32,095 bases of DNA. It comes from Mycobacteriales bacterium (GTDB lineage Bacteria; Actinomycetota; Actinomycetes; Mycobacteriales; SCTD01). The stretch is taken from contig JBKJQM010000127.1 of assembly GCA_046594005.1 (NCBI GenBank), positions 1 through 32,095 on the forward strand, read 5' to 3'. Shown one piece after another: positions 30,104 to 32,095 of this stretch; the first letter of the stretch is position 1; the number at the start of each line of letters is the position of its first letter. The notes under the pieces are model-generated. The model was not told the origin of the DNA and ran no database searches. It saw only the letters and a list, made by a program, of their open reading frames with translations. A program made the translations under genes and the position numbers.

Positions 30104-32066
30104 CGACCACCAGCACCGCGCCGGCGTCGACCTGATCCCCTGCTGCGACGCCGATCTCGGTGGCGGTGCCGTCGACCGGCGCGCGCACCGCGTGCTCCAT
30201 CTTCATCGCCTCGAGCACGACGAGCACCTGCCCGGCGGTGACGGCGGCACCCGCCTCGACCTCGACGCGGACCACCGTGCCGGGCATCGGTGCGGTGAGC
30301 GCCCCGGCCGCGACACCCGAGCCGGGCTCCGGGTAGCGCTCGACCTCCAGCAGCGCAGTGGCGCCGAGCGGTGAGTCGACGTACGACGTCGGGCCGACCG
30401 CGTGGACGTCGTAGCGACGCCGGACGCCCGCGACCTCGAGGTCCACGAGCGATGCGGACGCCGACCACACCCGCACGTCCGACAGCGGCTCGCCGTCGAC
30501 CTCGACCACGGCGCCGCTGCGGCTGGTGCCGTAGCCGACCTGCACGGCCCGGTCGCCGAGCTCGTACGCCGTCGTCTGCAGCGTGCTCGGGAGGCTGCGC
30601 CAGCCCGACGGCACGGGCTGCTGCACGCCGGCCCGCTCCCGCCGGCCCGCTGCGGCGGCGAGCGCGGCGGCTGCGGCGTGCAGCCGTACGGCGTCGTCGT
30701 CCGCCAGCGGCCGTCCCAGGTGCGCGGCGTCGTGCTGCTCGAGGAAGGACGTGTCGACGTCACCGGCGAGCCACGCCTCGGACCGGAGCACCCGCACCAG
30801 CAGGTCGCGGTTGGTGGTGACGCCGTGCAGCTGCGCACCGGCCAGGGCGGCCGCCAGTTGGGCCGACGCCTGTGCCCGGGTGCCGCCGTGGGCGACGACC
30901 TTGGCGAGCATCGGGTCGTAGTGCATGCCGACCACGGAGCCGTCCTCGACGCCGCTGTCGACCCGCACGCCCGGTCCCGTCGGGACCGAGAAGCGCGACA
31001 GGGTGCCCGTCTTGGGCAGGAACCCGCGCGGCACGTCCTCGGCGTACAGCCGCGCCTCCACGGCGTGCCCCGAGATCCGGGCCGCCGCGACCTCGGGCGG
31101 CAGCGGGTGGCCGTCGGCCACGAGCAGCTGCAGGGCCACGAGGTCCAGGCCGGTGACGAGCTCGGTGACCGGGTGCTCGACCTGCAGGCGGGTGTTCATC
31201 TCGAGGAAGGCCGGCGTGCCGTCGGGGGCCAGCACGAACTCCACGGTTCCGGCGCCGGTGTAACCGACGGCTTGCGCCGCCGCGATCGCCGCCGCGCAGA
31301 GCCGCTCGCGCAGCGCCTCGTCGACGGCGGGGGAGGGCGCCTCCTCGAGGACCTTCTGGTGACGGCGCTGGACCGAGCAGTCGCGCTCGAACAGGGCGAC
31401 GCAGGTGCCGTGCGTGTCGGCCATGACCTGCACCTCGACGTGCCGCGGCCTGACGACGTAGCGCTCCAGGAAGACCGTCCCGTCGCCGAACGCCGACGCC
31501 GCCTCGCGACCCGCGCTGCGGACGGCGTCCGCGAGATCAGCTGCTGCGTCGACGATCCGCATGCCGCGACCGCCGCCACCCGCGCTCGCCTTGACCAGGA
31601 CCGGGTAGCCGACGTCCTCGGCCGCCATCAGCAGCGCCTCGTCGGACAGGCCGGTCGCGTCCACCCCCGGCAGGCACGGCACCCCGGCGTCGGCCATCAG
31701 GCGCTTGGCCGCCAGCTTGGAGCCCATCGCCTCGATCGCATCGGCAGGCGGCCCTACCCAGGTGAGGCCGGCCTCGACGACGGCCCGGGCGAACGACGCG
31801 TCCTCGGACAGGAAGCCGTAGCCCGGGTGCACGGCGTCGGCGCCGGCGTGCAACGCGGCCGCGACGACGAGGTCACCGCGCAGGTAGGTGTCGGCGGGGG
31901 AGCTGCCCGGCAACCGGACAGCCGCGTCGGCCTCCCGCACGAACGGCGCGTCGGCGTCCGCGTCCGAGAAGACGGCGACCGTGCCGATGCCGAGCTCGCG
32001 GCACGTCCGGAAGATGCGGCGGGCGATCTCCCCGCGGTTGGCGACCAGCAGTTGCTCGACGGCCAT
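30096..32066 (-). CDS. acyl-CoA carboxylase alpha subunit (biotin carboxylase + biotin carboxyl carrier domains)
   Basis: The biotin carboxylase N-terminus reads LLVANRGEIARRIFRTCRELGI and an ATP-grasp core follows. The C-terminal lipoyl/biotinyl domain carries EAMKMEH. I chose the ATG at 32066 because GGAGG lies 6 nt upstream; the track start is GTG at 32078. The 3' end overlaps the convergent synthetase gene by 8 nt. Confidence 0.9.
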   Translation of the reverse strand: MAVEQLLVANRGEIARRIFRTCRELGIGTVAVFSDADADAPFVREADAAVRLPGSSPADTYLRGDLVVAAALHAGADAVHPGYGFLSEDASFARAVVEAGLTWVGPPADAIEAMGSKLAAKRLMADAGVPCLPGVDATGLSDEALLMAAEDVGYPVLVKASAGGGGRGMRIVDAAADLADAVRSAGREAASAFGDGTVFLERYVVRPRHVEVQVMADTHGTCVALFERDCSVQRRHQKVLEEAPSPAVDEALRERLCAAAIAAAQAVGYTGAGTVEFVLAPDGTPAFLEMNTRLQVEHPVTELVTGLDLVALQLLVADGHPLPPEVAAARISGHAVEARLYAEDVPRGFLPKTGTLSRFSVPTGPGVRVDSGVEDGSVVGMHYDPMLAKVVAHGGTRAQASAQLAAALAGAQLHGVTTNRDLLVRVLRSEAWLAGDVDTSFLEQHDAAHLGRPLADDDAVRLHAAAAALAAAAGRRERAGVQQPVPSGWRSLPSTLQTTAYELGDRAVQVGYGTSRSGAVVEVDGEPLSDVRVWSASASLVDLEVAGVRRRYDVHAVGPTSYVDSPLGATALLEVERYPEPGSGVAAGALTAPMPGTVVRVEVEAGAAVTAGQVLVVLEAMKMEHAVRAPVDGTATEIGVAAGDQVDAGAVLVVVT

Positions 32067-32095
32067 CAGTGCCTCCACACGCCGTAGGCGCGCGC

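Overview
This is a high-GC, actinobacterial-type chromosomal segment, with GC3-rich codons, frequent GTG/TTG starts and many long Arg/Gly/Pro-rich shadow ORFs on non-coding frames. I can support about 33 protein-coding genes, one tRNA-Lys(CTT), a few hairpin terminators and two candidate operators.

Gene content from left to right:
- **Left end, metabolism:** the 5' end of bioF (partial), an HTH-less TetR-like ORF, an enoyl-CoA hydratase, a large secreted GxSxG hydrolase, an acyl-CoA carboxyltransferase and an SDR.
- **c-di-GMP / cell-surface block:** a PAS-PAS-GGDEF protein, a GT2 glycosyltransferase and an LPXTG-anchored penicillin-acylase-family Ntn hydrolase. A second GGDEF gene follows, translationally coupled to a ZAS-motif membrane protein.
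- **Putative copper block:** a secreted His/Met/Cys-rich peptide, a SAM methyltransferase, a CsoR-type palindrome, a His-rich membrane protein and a DUF305 lipoprotein.
- **Middle:** an SGNH hydrolase and a YibE/F membrane protein. A MarR gene is divergent from a small leader ORF, an FMN reductase and an ABC exporter.
- **Redox block:** a flavodoxin-like protein, a glutaredoxin-like/thioredoxin-reductase fusion and a cupin.
- **Region around the tRNA:** a roughly 700-bp poorly coding stretch, a degenerate receiver, a GAF-ANTAR protein, an XRE-cupin remnant and tRNA-Lys.
- **Right end:** a zinc-ribbon protein, an acyl-CoA synthetase and a biotin carboxylase/BCCP subunit.

I saw no transposase, integrase, CRISPR array or recognisable phage-defence gene.

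The most promising leads are:
1. the orphan CsoR-like operator together with the unannotated secreted metal-ligand-rich peptide;
2. the diguanylate cyclase coupled to an orphan ZAS-type anti-sigma-like protein;
3. the sortase-anchored acylase bracketed by c-di-GMP genes;
4. the strongly SD-led 35-codon ORF overlapping the start of the FMN-reductase/ABC operon.

All functional calls come from motif recognition by eye. No database search was run.
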